This document shows, piece after piece, positions 9,091-18,582 of a DNA stretch of 64,000 nucleotides. Both the position numbers and the translations under genes were made by a program. Origin of the DNA: an uncultured Planctomycetia bacterium (GTDB taxonomy: Bacteria > Omnitrophota > Gorgyraeia > Tantalellales > Tantalellaceae). Location: assembly GCA_964409365.1 (NCBI GenBank), contig CAYPCX010000006.1:21012-85011 (forward strand), written 5' to 3'. The notes beneath the pieces were generated by a model. The model worked only from the letters and a program-made list of their open reading frames with translations, was not told the origin of the DNA and searched no databases. Position 1 is the first letter of the stretch. Every line of letters starts with the position of its first letter.

Positions 9091-10110
9091 TCACCCCGAA
9101 AGTACCGCTTCAGCGGCGCCGAAGACTTCGTCGACGGCGATCGACCTCATGCACATGAACTCTTTGTCGCAGTCTTCTACGTAACACGGGACCTCGCACC
9201 CGACGTCCCTGTATATCACGACGTTCTTTCCCTTTCCGCGCGGGCCGGTCACTTTATGCGAGGTCGGACCGAAAAGCCCTATCGTGGTAACGCCCGCGGC
9301 CGAAGCCAGATGAAGCGGTCCGGAATCCGCGCTTATTACCAGGTCGCATTTCCTGAAAAGGAACGCCAGTTCGTTCAGGCCGGTCTTTCCGGCGAGCGTG
9401 TAACATCTTTCACTCCCTATCTTTAAGACCATTTCACCCGCCAGCTTCTCGTCCCCTGCCGCGCCTGTGATCATGATCTCCACTTCTTTGAAACGCGCCA
9501 GTATCTTTTTCGCCAGTTCCACGAAGCTCTCCACGGGCCATCTCTTCGGCTGCCAATTACCGCCCGGGTTCATCGCTACCATACGCCTCGACCCCCCGCG
9601 TACGTCATGGAGCAGCGCGTCGCCCCGTTCGGCGTCTTCCTCACTGTAGAAATACTCATAAGTGTTGTCGGCTTCGCTCACCCCCACGGCTCCCGCGAGG
9701 GCCAGGATCTGGTCGACCCTGTGCAATCCGCGCGGCATATCCACCTCTCTTGTAAGAGGGGCCGCTTTCTTCCCCGCAAAACCTATGCGTGACGGTATGC
9801 CCGCCAGAGCGGCTATGACCGTTTTTGTCCTCGACGGTTTAAGAAGAAAACAGGTGTCGTATTTTTCCTTGCGTATCATCCCGATAAATTCCAGCTTCTC
9901 CATAAGCGATGCGATGCTGTTATCGTCGGTGAAGGCGTGGACGAAGTTCACCCACGGATTATGGGCAAGGAGGTCAGCGTATCTCGGGACGACGGCGCAG
10001 GTGATAAAGGCGTCCGGGAACTTCTTTCTTATCGCCCTTATGAACGGGAACGAAAAAAGGATATCCCCCATCCAGTTAAGCTCAAAAACAAGTATCCTTT
10101 CGGGCTTCAT
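9091..10110 (-). CDS. waaF: LPS heptosyltransferase II (GT9)
   Basis: NWMGDILF, KRWP and SADSGPLHLA motifs. Confidence 0.85.
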   Translation of the reverse strand: MKPERILVFELNWMGDILFSFPFIRAIRKKFPDAFITCAVVPRYADLLAHNPWVNFVHAFTDDNSIASLMEKLEFIGMIRKEKYDTCFLLKPSRTKTVIAALAGIPSRIGFAGKKAAPLTREVDMPRGLHRVDQILALAGAVGVSEADNTYEYFYSEEDAERGDALLHDVRGGSRRMVAMNPGGNWQPKRWPVESFVELAKKILARFKEVEIMITGAAGDEKLAGEMVLKIGSERCYTLAGKTGLNELAFLFRKCDLVISADSGPLHLASAAGVTTIGLFGPTSHKVTGPRGKGKNVVIYRDVGCEVPCYVEDCDKEFMCMRSIAVDEVFGAAEAVLSG

Positions 10111-11210
10111 CCGGCGATCACTTCCCTGTAGACTTCCATGGTCTTTGTCACGCTTTCTTCGATCGAAAAATTTCGCGCCGCTTTTTCCCTGGCCTTTTTC
10201 CCGAAGCTCTCGCGCAGGGAAACGTCATTCGTCAGGCGCGCTATACTCTCGCTCAGGGCGCGGGGATCTTCAGGCGGAACGAGGAGCCCGTCCTTTTCGT
10301 GCGTGATAAGTTCCGAAAGCCCCCCCACGTCACTGGCCACGCATGCGCGCCCCGAAGCCATAGCTTCCATCAGGGCAAGCCCCAGCCCTTCATGCACCGA
10401 CGGGAGACAGAACACATCCATGAGCCCCAGATACTTCCCTAAAGACGCGCCGCCCGGTACCATGAAAACATTCTCATCCAGACCCAGGCGCGAGACCTGT
10501 TCCCTGAGGATATCCTTTTCCGGGCCGTCCCCCACAATAAGAAGCTGCAACCGCCCCGGCCCGGAGGTAAGGTCGCCGAAAGCCGCCACAAGGTACTTAT
10601 ATCCTTTAACGGAAGAAAGCCTTCCCACCGAACCTATAACGGTCGCGTCCCTGGCCAGACCGATGCTGTCCAACAGGTCAGTATCCTTCTCCGGACCTCC
10701 GGAGGGATAATTTTCCAGTTCTATCCCGTTGAACACCAGCTTCACGCGCTCCGCGGGAAAACCAAAATCGTCGACAAGATGCCTGCGCACGCTCTCGCTT
10801 ATGGCTATTACCCTGTCCCCCCAGCACGGGAAAAGTTTTCTCCCCAACCTCTTGTACCGAAAAAAACCGTGGCAGGTCGATATATAAGGCCGTCCGGTGA
10901 TCTTACCGGACACGCACGCCAGGACCTGCGCGACACGGGTCTGGGCATGAAGGATGTCATACCCTCCGTCCCTCACCAGCCTGTTAAGCCTGGGCAGGGC
11001 TTTCCACACCGCGGGGCCCAGTTCGGTCTTCGTCTTTATGTCCAAATGGAAGTGCTCAACCCCCTCTTCCCTCAGCCGGCCCTCAAGATCGCCGCCGCTC
11101 GAGGCGACGGTCACCGAAGCGCCGGCTTTCGCGAGGTACCTGGCCAGGTTCACGGTATAGATGCCGATCCCGCCCATGTTCAGGTGTGTCGTCAGCAGTA
11201 ATATCTTCAC
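10107..11210 (-). CDS. GT4 glycosyltransferase
   Basis: GGIG, VGRLSSVKG and EGLGLALMEAMA motifs. Confidence 0.92.
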   Translation of the reverse strand: MKILLLTTHLNMGGIGIYTVNLARYLAKAGASVTVASSGGDLEGRLREEGVEHFHLDIKTKTELGPAVWKALPRLNRLVRDGGYDILHAQTRVAQVLACVSGKITGRPYISTCHGFFRYKRLGRKLFPCWGDRVIAISESVRRHLVDDFGFPAERVKLVFNGIELENYPSGGPEKDTDLLDSIGLARDATVIGSVGRLSSVKGYKYLVAAFGDLTSGPGRLQLLIVGDGPEKDILREQVSRLGLDENVFMVPGGASLGKYLGLMDVFCLPSVHEGLGLALMEAMASGRACVASDVGGLSELITHEKDGLLVPPEDPRALSESIARLTNDVSLRESFGKKAREKAARNFSIEESVTKTMEVYREVIAG

Positions 11211-11211
11211 T

Positions 11212-13302
11212 TTAAATTCCCATTATCTCTACCAAAGCCTTGAACGCCTCTTCCACCTTTATCGACGAGACGCACTTACCCCTTCTCAAACATGTCGGCT
11301 TATAACAGGGGGAACACCTCATCTTTTTTCTCAGGATCCTGTGGTCCCCGGACGGAGGCACATGCAGACGGGGGTCCGTCGGGCCGAAAATGGCCACGAA
11401 AGGCGTGCCCACGGCGGAGGCGACATGCATGGGAGCGCTGTCACCCGTAAGCAGGGCGTCACAGCGCTTGATCAGGCTTACCATCTGTGAAATATCCGTT
11501 CTGCCCACGGCGTCGATCGGTTTCGCGTCGGTCTTTTTCAGGAATTCCTCCGCCCGGGACCGGTCCTCACCGGCACCCAGAAGGACGACTCTCACTCCCT
11601 TCTCCCTTGCCAGCGCCTCCGTAAGTTTTATCATGGACTGGACGGGCCAGTTCTTGGTCTTCCACCGCTGGCTCGCTGAGACGCTTATCGCCACGAGTTT
11701 CTGTCCCTCCTTGAGCCAGTTGCTTTTCAGGAACTTTTCGGCCCATTCCTCGCTTTCCCGGACGGGCCAGAGCTCAAGCCGATCATCCAGCTTGGTGATA
11801 CCCAGGAGCCCCAGGACACACGCCTGGTGTTTCACGGGCTCCATCGGTTTTTTCGGAAGGCTGATCTTCCTGTTCAGGAGAAAGCTCATCTTGCCGTTAT
11901 CGTAACCGTACCTTTCGGGCACTATGCTCAAAAAAGAAAGAAGATGGCTCCTGCGGTTGTTCTGCAGGTCTATGGTGATATCCATGTCCTCGGCGCGCAG
12001 TTTTCGCGCGAGCTTTAAGAACCCGACCCTTTTGTCCCTGCCGTCAAAATCACAGGTAATAAGTTCGTCCACGTACGGGCAGTTCTCGAGCACCTCCCTG
12101 AAACGGACATCCACCAGTACCGTTATGTTGGCGTTCGGGAACTTTTTCCTGACGGCACGGAGCGACGGGGTGCTAAGTATGATATCCCCGAGGGAACTGA
12201 TCTTGAAGATAAGTATGTTCTTCGTGTTGAGCGCGCGTTCGTAAGTCTGGAGGGTTATCTCCATGGTCTTGTTCAGGGAATAGTTCTTTTCGACGTTCTT
12301 TCTTGCCTTTTCGGCTATTTTCCTCATAAGGTCCGGGTCATTGGCATAACGAAGTATCTTATCGGCCATGTCCGAGGGGTTGACCGGCTCACACATGAGC
12401 CCCGTGACACCGTCGGTGATATTCTCTGCGACCCCGCCCACTTCGGTTGCCACAACGGGCACACCCCTGGCCTGGGCCTCGACGACAGATCGCCCGAAAG
12501 CTTCCTGCGCCCTGTTGGCGGAAACGAAAACATCGAGGCCCTTAAGCACCTCGGCCACGTCCTCGTCGCTGCTTTTATACTTGACGATCTTGTCGATCAT
12601 CAGCCGGCGCGTCGTCAATTCGATCTTTTTTATGTATTCTTCCTTCGCGGAAGCTTTGTCGCCCATCATTACTACCTCAAGCCTGGGTAACTTTCTCGAG
12701 ACGTACGAAGCGGCCTTCAAAAAATCCAGGTGCCCTTTAAGCGGAGTGAAACGCGATATCATCCCCACGCGAAAAACCTTGCCGTCGTCTTTAGGGAAAG
12801 GTATGAAAGAAAATTTTTTCAGGTCTATCCCTCTCGGTATGATGGCCATCTTCTTGGGGGGAGTGCCGAAATTGTCCTTCATGTACCTGGCCATCGTCTC
12901 GTTGGCCACGATCACTACCTTGCCCCAGCCCATTACCCGGCTGATAAGGTGTCTTTTGTACTGGCCATGGGCCGTGGTTATAAAAGTCCTGCCTGTTCCC
13001 CTCGCGGCGAAGTACCCCGTGACCGCGGGCACCCTGCTGCGCGCGTGGACGATATGGATATTCTCCTTTTTTATGATCTTTTTGAGCGCAAAATAACAGT
13101 AGATCATCACCAGGGGGTTTTTACGGTCCACGGGGAGCTTATAATGGCGCGCTCCTATCGCAGCGAGGTTCTTTTCGAACCTCCCTCCTCCCGAGACGAC
13201 CACGGCCTTGTGGCCGTTAAGCGTAAGATACCGCGCGACCTCCACGGTGCCTTTTTCGACGCCGCCTATGTTCAATCTTGGGACAAGCTGAAGTATGTTC
13301 AT
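11212..13302 (-). CDS. GT4-GT9 (heptosyltransferase) fusion protein
   Basis: N-half has GGVE and EAFGRSVVEAQA; C-half has ISSLGDIIL and TGDSAPMHVA. Confidence 0.9.
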   Translation of the reverse strand: MNILQLVPRLNIGGVEKGTVEVARYLTLNGHKAVVVSGGGRFEKNLAAIGARHYKLPVDRKNPLVMIYCYFALKKIIKKENIHIVHARSRVPAVTGYFAARGTGRTFITTAHGQYKRHLISRVMGWGKVVIVANETMARYMKDNFGTPPKKMAIIPRGIDLKKFSFIPFPKDDGKVFRVGMISRFTPLKGHLDFLKAASYVSRKLPRLEVVMMGDKASAKEEYIKKIELTTRRLMIDKIVKYKSSDEDVAEVLKGLDVFVSANRAQEAFGRSVVEAQARGVPVVATEVGGVAENITDGVTGLMCEPVNPSDMADKILRYANDPDLMRKIAEKARKNVEKNYSLNKTMEITLQTYERALNTKNILIFKISSLGDIILSTPSLRAVRKKFPNANITVLVDVRFREVLENCPYVDELITCDFDGRDKRVGFLKLARKLRAEDMDITIDLQNNRRSHLLSFLSIVPERYGYDNGKMSFLLNRKISLPKKPMEPVKHQACVLGLLGITKLDDRLELWPVRESEEWAEKFLKSNWLKEGQKLVAISVSASQRWKTKNWPVQSMIKLTEALAREKGVRVVLLGAGEDRSRAEEFLKKTDAKPIDAVGRTDISQMVSLIKRCDALLTGDSAPMHVASAVGTPFVAIFGPTDPRLHVPPSGDHRILRKKMRCSPCYKPTCLRRGKCVSSIKVEEAFKALVEIMGI

Positions 13303-13306
13303 AATA

Positions 13307-13396
13307 TTCAGGTTTCAAGTTTCAGGTTTCAAGTCTCAGGGCCATGGATAAAGACATGCTTTTTCTTCCGCCTGACACCTGACACCCGACACCTAA
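13307..13396. repeat. Inverted heptamer arrays (CAGGTTT/CAAGTTT)n ... (CCTGACA)n
   Basis: caggttt caagttt caggttt caagtct cagg, ~30 nt spacer, cctgaca cctgaca cccgaca ccta (contains the stop codon). Confidence 0.9.
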
Positions 13397-15339
13397 AATA
13401 ATCTGTACAATTTCTCGTATATTCTCCGGTTATCTTCAGGTACGGTAAATTCCGCTCTTCTTTCAAGGACGTCTGTCAACCGGTCCGGTATCTCTTCCGG
13501 TTTCACTACTTTAAGGTACTTTTTCCGGTCGAGATCGTCGACGAATTTTTCGTATTTGGTCGGCCCGGCGACCTTCTTGTCGGGCATGAACACCAACACG
13601 GGTTTCCCGGACGAAACCGCCTCGGAGACCATGGATATGCTCTCTCCGGAGACCATTATCACGTCGCTTGCCGCCATTATCTTTTCCACCGTGTGATCGT
13701 CCGTATCGTCCCTGCCTGAAACGTACATCGCGCACCTGGGATAGGACCCTAACATCTCCTTCACCGCTGCCTCGGCGCCCTCGGAAGTCCTCCTGGAAGT
13801 GGTCATGTAGAGATACCCGTCCCTTGCTTCGCAGGAACGCCGGACATTCTCCCCGAGGGATCTCAAAAGATCATTCCCGAACGTGTAATCAGGATTGTCC
13901 CCGCCGAGAAGAAGCCCCAGGCGGAATTTGCCCGGGAACGCCTTCCCCTCGCCTATCTTTTCCCTGAATGACGCCAACTCGCCGGAACTGATAAGGTTGG
14001 GGGCAAGGTCCGTAAAGATCAGGTTGTCCTTCGGCTTTCCTTTTACCTTATGCATGTCATGCCGCGGGATGATAACGAGATCGAACTTTTTGCGGCTCAG
14101 CGGGCCCGGGTCCATTACCGTGACGTTACGCGCGTAGTTCTCGATCTTCAGCATCCTGCTGACACCGAACAGTGAAGAGCCGCAGCTGACGATGATATCA
14201 GCGTACCGGTTGACCGCATTATCATAACTTTCCGCATCAAGCGCCCATCTCAAAAAGCCCATCCGGCCCTGGAAGTTATTGACGAAGAATGGGCTGAGCG
14301 CGTTAAAGACCGTTTTTCGAGCTTTGTTCCTGAAATTTATGCGAACGACTTCCGCTTCAATATATTCGGGCGCGTACCCTTCATCCTCCCGGAAGCGCCT
14401 CATCTGCTTCACGACGGCAAGAGATTGTTTGAGGTGCCCCTTCTTGCCGTCATCGAGCACCATGACCTTCCTGAGAGGGGTCACTTTCCATCTCTTGTGC
14501 ACCCAGAACCACTGATCGGGATGGTCGCGGACATGCTTTTCCAGCAACCTGCTGTATTCCTCCATGTAGGGGATTATGTCATCATCCTCGCCTATTTTCA
14601 TGGGCTGTTCCAGCACAAGCTCATGATACGGGCCTTTTTTCCTGTGTATGAACGCCGGCAGTACCCACGCCCCGCTCTTCTGGGCGAACCGGTACGGGCC
14701 CGTAACAGTGGATGCCGGGCGGCCGAAAAAATCTATGAGTTCGCCGCTGGAGCCGGCGTTCTGGTCCGCGAGAAGACCCAGGCTCTTGCCCTCATGCAGC
14801 ACGCGGAAGATCTTCTTTATATCAAGCCCCTTGCGTATCACGACGTTGCCTTTGGCCTCGCGCATCCCGTTAAAAAGCTCATTGACCCTTTGCATCTTCT
14901 GGTCCCTCGCGATGATATGCATCGGGAACCCTTTTATCACGCTGGCCGCTATGCTCAGTTCCCAGCTCCCGAAATGGGCGGAAACCAGTATCATCCCGTT
15001 CGGGTTCTTCGCGGCTTCCACTATTCTTTCAAAATTGATGATATCCACGTATTTTTCCACGAACCGGTCGTCCACCTTGGTAAGCAGCATTATGTCCGCG
15101 ATAGTACGGCCCAGGTGTTTGTACACCTTTTTCGTCAGGCGCTTGATCTCGGCGGGGCTCTTTTCCGAGCTGAACGCCGCTTTCAGGTTGGCATACGTTA
15201 CCCTCTGCCTTTTCCCGCTCAGGACGTACGCGAGTGACCCCAGGCCGCTCGCAAGCCACAGGCTGAACCGCATCGGCAAAAAATGCAGTATCCGGTTCAG
15301 CGCTTTAACCGCGTAAGACGCTATCAAGTCCAGAAACAA
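13393..15339 (-). CDS. Lipid A acyltransferase (LpxL/HtrB) fused to an ELM1/DUF1022-like domain
   Basis: HFGSWE, LADQ, FFGRPA and PDQWFWVHKRWK, followed by DDGKKGHLKQS, IIPRHD, TSRRT and ESISMVSEA. Confidence 0.88.
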   Translation of the reverse strand: MFLDLIASYAVKALNRILHFLPMRFSLWLASGLGSLAYVLSGKRQRVTYANLKAAFSSEKSPAEIKRLTKKVYKHLGRTIADIMLLTKVDDRFVEKYVDIINFERIVEAAKNPNGMILVSAHFGSWELSIAASVIKGFPMHIIARDQKMQRVNELFNGMREAKGNVVIRKGLDIKKIFRVLHEGKSLGLLADQNAGSSGELIDFFGRPASTVTGPYRFAQKSGAWVLPAFIHRKKGPYHELVLEQPMKIGEDDDIIPYMEEYSRLLEKHVRDHPDQWFWVHKRWKVTPLRKVMVLDDGKKGHLKQSLAVVKQMRRFREDEGYAPEYIEAEVVRINFRNKARKTVFNALSPFFVNNFQGRMGFLRWALDAESYDNAVNRYADIIVSCGSSLFGVSRMLKIENYARNVTVMDPGPLSRKKFDLVIIPRHDMHKVKGKPKDNLIFTDLAPNLISSGELASFREKIGEGKAFPGKFRLGLLLGGDNPDYTFGNDLLRSLGENVRRSCEARDGYLYMTTSRRTSEGAEAAVKEMLGSYPRCAMYVSGRDDTDDHTVEKIMAASDVIMVSGESISMVSEAVSSGKPVLVFMPDKKVAGPTKYEKFVDDLDRKKYLKVVKPEEIPDRLTDVLERRAEFTVPEDNRRIYEKLYRLF

Positions 15340-16342
15340 GATCCTCCTTTCCGCTTACTATATCCATAACGACGTTAAGGATGAATAATTTGTCCTCTAT
15401 GCCCGAAAGATCCAGCTTTTTTATCTTCACATAATCTTTTTTTGTCACTATTATCATTTCGGCGTCCTTTTCCGCGCAACCGGCGGATATCCTGTTGATA
15501 TCATTCTGACCGTACGCGTAATGGTCAGTATGATCGAACCGTAACACGACGGCGGCGCCTGCCGCCTCTACCAGGGACGCGAAATAGTCCGGGTCGACTA
15601 TGCCGCTCGCGAGGCAGACCTTTTTGCCCTTAAGGCTCTCCACGGGGTAAGCCGATCCCGTGACGTCCGTGAGGAACGTCGGCTTATGCCTCGATAGTAT
15701 CACGCGCCTGCCCGGGGCGATGCTTTCCAGACGGTCCCTGACTTTCGCGAGCGAGGCCTCATCGGCCCTGTCCGCCTTGGTTATAACGAAAATGTCCGCT
15801 CTCCTTACCGAAGATACGGGTTCCCGCAATATCCCGCGGGGAAAAAGGCACCCGTTCCCGAAGGGCGAAGTACCGTCCAAAAGAAGCACGTTCACGTCCC
15901 TTGCCACCCGCCTGTGCTGGAACCCGTCATCGAGTATCAGCACATCGCTTCCTTCCCGCAGGGCCCGGCGCGCGCTTCTTACGCGGTCCTGTCCCACTAT
16001 GACCGGGACGTCCGCCAGTTCATCCTTTATCATCCTGCATTCATCTCTGCCGTAGCCTCTCGTGAGCACGGCCGGTTTTCTCGCACAGGAAAGAAAATGC
16101 TCCGCCAGGTATATCGACATCGGCGTCTTGCCCGTACCGCCCAGCGTTATGTTCCCCACACTGATGACGGGCACGTCCATCTTATGCGTCTTTCTCATGC
16201 CGGAGGCATAGCTCCAGTCGACGATCCTTATGCCCGCGGCATAGAACCAGGAAAGAACACGCAAGACCCCTTTCACAACAAGGGCCGTTGGCCCCTTGCG
16301 TTCATCCTTCATCAGCGATAACACGTACGATCTGAATGACAT
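15305..16342 (-). CDS. lpxK: Tetraacyldisaccharide 4'-kinase
   Basis: VGNITLGGTGKTP, LDDGFQH and PRGILRE motifs. Confidence 0.96.
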   Translation of the reverse strand: MSFRSYVLSLMKDERKGPTALVVKGVLRVLSWFYAAGIRIVDWSYASGMRKTHKMDVPVISVGNITLGGTGKTPMSIYLAEHFLSCARKPAVLTRGYGRDECRMIKDELADVPVIVGQDRVRSARRALREGSDVLILDDGFQHRRVARDVNVLLLDGTSPFGNGCLFPRGILREPVSSVRRADIFVITKADRADEASLAKVRDRLESIAPGRRVILSRHKPTFLTDVTGSAYPVESLKGKKVCLASGIVDPDYFASLVEAAGAAVVLRFDHTDHYAYGQNDINRISAGCAEKDAEMIIVTKKDYVKIKKLDLSGIEDKLFILNVVMDIVSGKEDLVSGLDSVLRG

Positions 16343-16352
16343 TGCCAGTAAA

Positions 16353-16420
16353 AATATATTCTGGGGACATGTTTGGGCACCTACATAACGTCTACGACAA
16401 ACGTGTCCCCAGAACCTCAG
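16353..16420. repeat. REP-like hairpin element, copy 1 (overlaps waaA 3' end)
   Basis: ttctggggacatgtttg ... caaacgtgtccccagaa-cctcag. Confidence 0.88.
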
Positions 16421-17696
16421 TAATGTATGGTTCCATTTTTCTTATAGTTCTACTAATCGCTCCCGAATTCCGTTCGATGACCTTTCTCGCGTTAGCGCTT
16501 ATCCTTTTTCTTTTTTCCGGATCACGCAAAAGTTCCCGCGCCACCGATCTCAGCTGTTCCACGTTCTCCACTCCGACAGCGGCATCATTCTCCAGAAAGA
16601 TATCGGCCACTTCCCTGAAGTTATACATGTTGGGCCCGAAAAGCACCGTCTTGCCCCAACTTGCTCCTTCTATCGGGTTCTGTCCGCCTTTTCTGGCCAG
16701 ACTACCTCCGACGAATATCAGTGTCGCAACGCTATATATATCCTTCAGATGCCCTATCGTATCCACCAGCACCACATCCACTTCGGAAGTGGCGCCTTGT
16801 TCAACCCCGGGGGTTGAAAGTATCTCGGAAAAAAGGCGGTATTTCATGCCTGACCTCTCGAGAAAAGCTCTGACAACATCCGTCCTTTCGACGTGCCGGG
16901 GAGCAAGTACTAGCTTCAGGTCGGGATACTTTCCTTTGAGTTCACCGTAAACGTCTATTATCTCCTTTTCCTCGGGGGAATGCGTGCTCCCGGCCACAAC
17001 GACCCTGTCTTCACGGCCAAATCCAAGGTACTCGCCGCTGAATGCGCCGGACGAGGCCGAGCCGGCAGGATCGTCGAACTTCATATTGCCCGTGACAAAG
17101 ACCTTTTCCCCCGGGGCACCGAGCGTCTTGATCCTTTCGGCGTCCCTTTCCGTCTGCATGCAGAAACAGTCGACGCATTTCAGGATGCGTTCCGTTACGA
17201 ACTTTATCCTGCCGTAATTCGTGAAAGAAGAATCGGATATCCTGCCGTTGGCCAGGATGATCGGCACGTCCTTGCGGTTGAGCTGCCGCAGAAGGTTCGG
17301 CCAAAGCTCCGTTTCCATCATCACGTACACCGACGGGTGCACAAGAGCCACGACCCGGGACACGATCACGCTTATATCCAGAGGATAATAGAATATCGCG
17401 TCGACCACGCCCTCGCCCGCCTTACGGATCATCTTATTACCGGTCTTCGTCGTGGTGGAAACTATGACAGAAGTGCCCGGACACGTCTTCTTTATCCCCG
17501 AGGCGAGCCGCGCCGCGAGCTGCGCCTCTCCCACGCTGACCGCGTGTATCCAGACGGGCCTTTCCAGCTTCTTTACGCTATCCGGCAGAACGCCGAACTT
17601 CTGGGGGAAATCCCCGTGAAGCTTTCCCTTTACCAGAAGATAAGGAACGTACAAAGCCGCGAAAACCAGAAAAACAAGATCATACAGTAACTGCAT
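16392..17696 (-). CDS. waaA: Kdo transferase
   Basis: WIHAVSVGE, ETELWPN, APRHVER and GGQNPIE motifs. Confidence 0.96.
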   Translation of the reverse strand: MQLLYDLVFLVFAALYVPYLLVKGKLHGDFPQKFGVLPDSVKKLERPVWIHAVSVGEAQLAARLASGIKKTCPGTSVIVSTTTKTGNKMIRKAGEGVVDAIFYYPLDISVIVSRVVALVHPSVYVMMETELWPNLLRQLNRKDVPIILANGRISDSSFTNYGRIKFVTERILKCVDCFCMQTERDAERIKTLGAPGEKVFVTGNMKFDDPAGSASSGAFSGEYLGFGREDRVVVAGSTHSPEEKEIIDVYGELKGKYPDLKLVLAPRHVERTDVVRAFLERSGMKYRLFSEILSTPGVEQGATSEVDVVLVDTIGHLKDIYSVATLIFVGGSLARKGGQNPIEGASWGKTVLFGPNMYNFREVADIFLENDAAVGVENVEQLRSVARELLRDPEKRKRISANARKVIERNSGAISRTIRKMEPYITEVLGTRLS

Positions 17697-17707
17697 ATCG
17701 TTTCGAT

Positions 17708-18580
17708 CTATGCGCGGGGGTGCGCTTTCGAATAGATCTCCTTGATCCGCTGCGTCCCGAGGTGCGTATAGATCTGGGTGGTCGACAGGTTCTTGTGCCC
17801 CAAAAGTTCCTGCACGCTCCTCAGATCCGCTCCATTGTTAAGCATATGGGTCGCGAACGAATGCCTTATTGAATGAGGGGATATCTTCTGCTCTATACTG
17901 CACTGCCTTATATATTTATCTATTATACGCCTCACGCTCCTGTCGGTAAGCCGCTTGCCGTTCTTGTTAAGGAAGAGCGCCTGCTGCGCAGCGGACCGCT
18001 GACTTTTCCTCTCGTCGATATAACTGCGTATGGCCCTCTGGGCCTCTTTTCCCAGTAGAGTTATGCGTTCTTTCTTTCCTTTACCCCTGACCTTTACCGC
18101 GCCGGCGATAAGATCGACCTCATCGGTATCGATCCCCACGAGCTCGCTTACGCGTATACCGGTGGAATACAGGACCTCCAGTATGGCCCTGTCTCTCAGT
18201 CCCAGAAGGCTGTCCAGCGGGGGGGCGGTGATCAGCTTCAGTGTCTTGTCCGCGTCGAGGAACTCCGGTAATTTCTTATCAAGTTTAGGGGTGAATATCC
18301 CCTCGGTGGGGTTCCTCGTGATGTGTTTGTCCCTGAAAAGAAAACGGAAGAACGACCTGATCGCGCCCAGTTTCCTCACAACGGTCCTCTTGGAACAGTT
18401 CCTGTGCTTGAGCTCCGCGAGGAAACGCCTTATATCGAGATGGGTCACCTTCTTCGGTTCCTTATCTTTAAGGAACCCGGCAAGCTCCAGGAGGTCCGTC
18501 CTGTAACCGCGCAGCGTGTGCTCCGAATAGTTCTTCTCGACCTCAAGATATTTGATGAATTTCCCGACGAAACGTTCCAT
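17708..18580 (-). CDS. xerC: Tyrosine recombinase XerC
   Basis: [28 protein letters not shown] and LLGH..TTQIYT motifs; start at MERFV. Confidence 0.92.
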   Translation of the reverse strand: MERFVGKFIKYLEVEKNYSEHTLRGYRTDLLELAGFLKDKEPKKVTHLDIRRFLAELKHRNCSKRTVVRKLGAIRSFFRFLFRDKHITRNPTEGIFTPKLDKKLPEFLDADKTLKLITAPPLDSLLGLRDRAILEVLYSTGIRVSELVGIDTDEVDLIAGAVKVRGKGKKERITLLGKEAQRAIRSYIDERKSQRSAAQQALFLNKNGKRLTDRSVRRIIDKYIRQCSIEQKISPHSIRHSFATHMLNNGADLRSVQELLGHKNLSTTQIYTHLGTQRIKEIYSKAHPRA

Positions 18581-18582
18581 CG

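Noticed and set aside
17708-18580. Integrase of a prophage or island
   Set aside because: Size, motifs and the dprA-topA-xerC context indicate housekeeping XerC; no att sites or cargo were seen.
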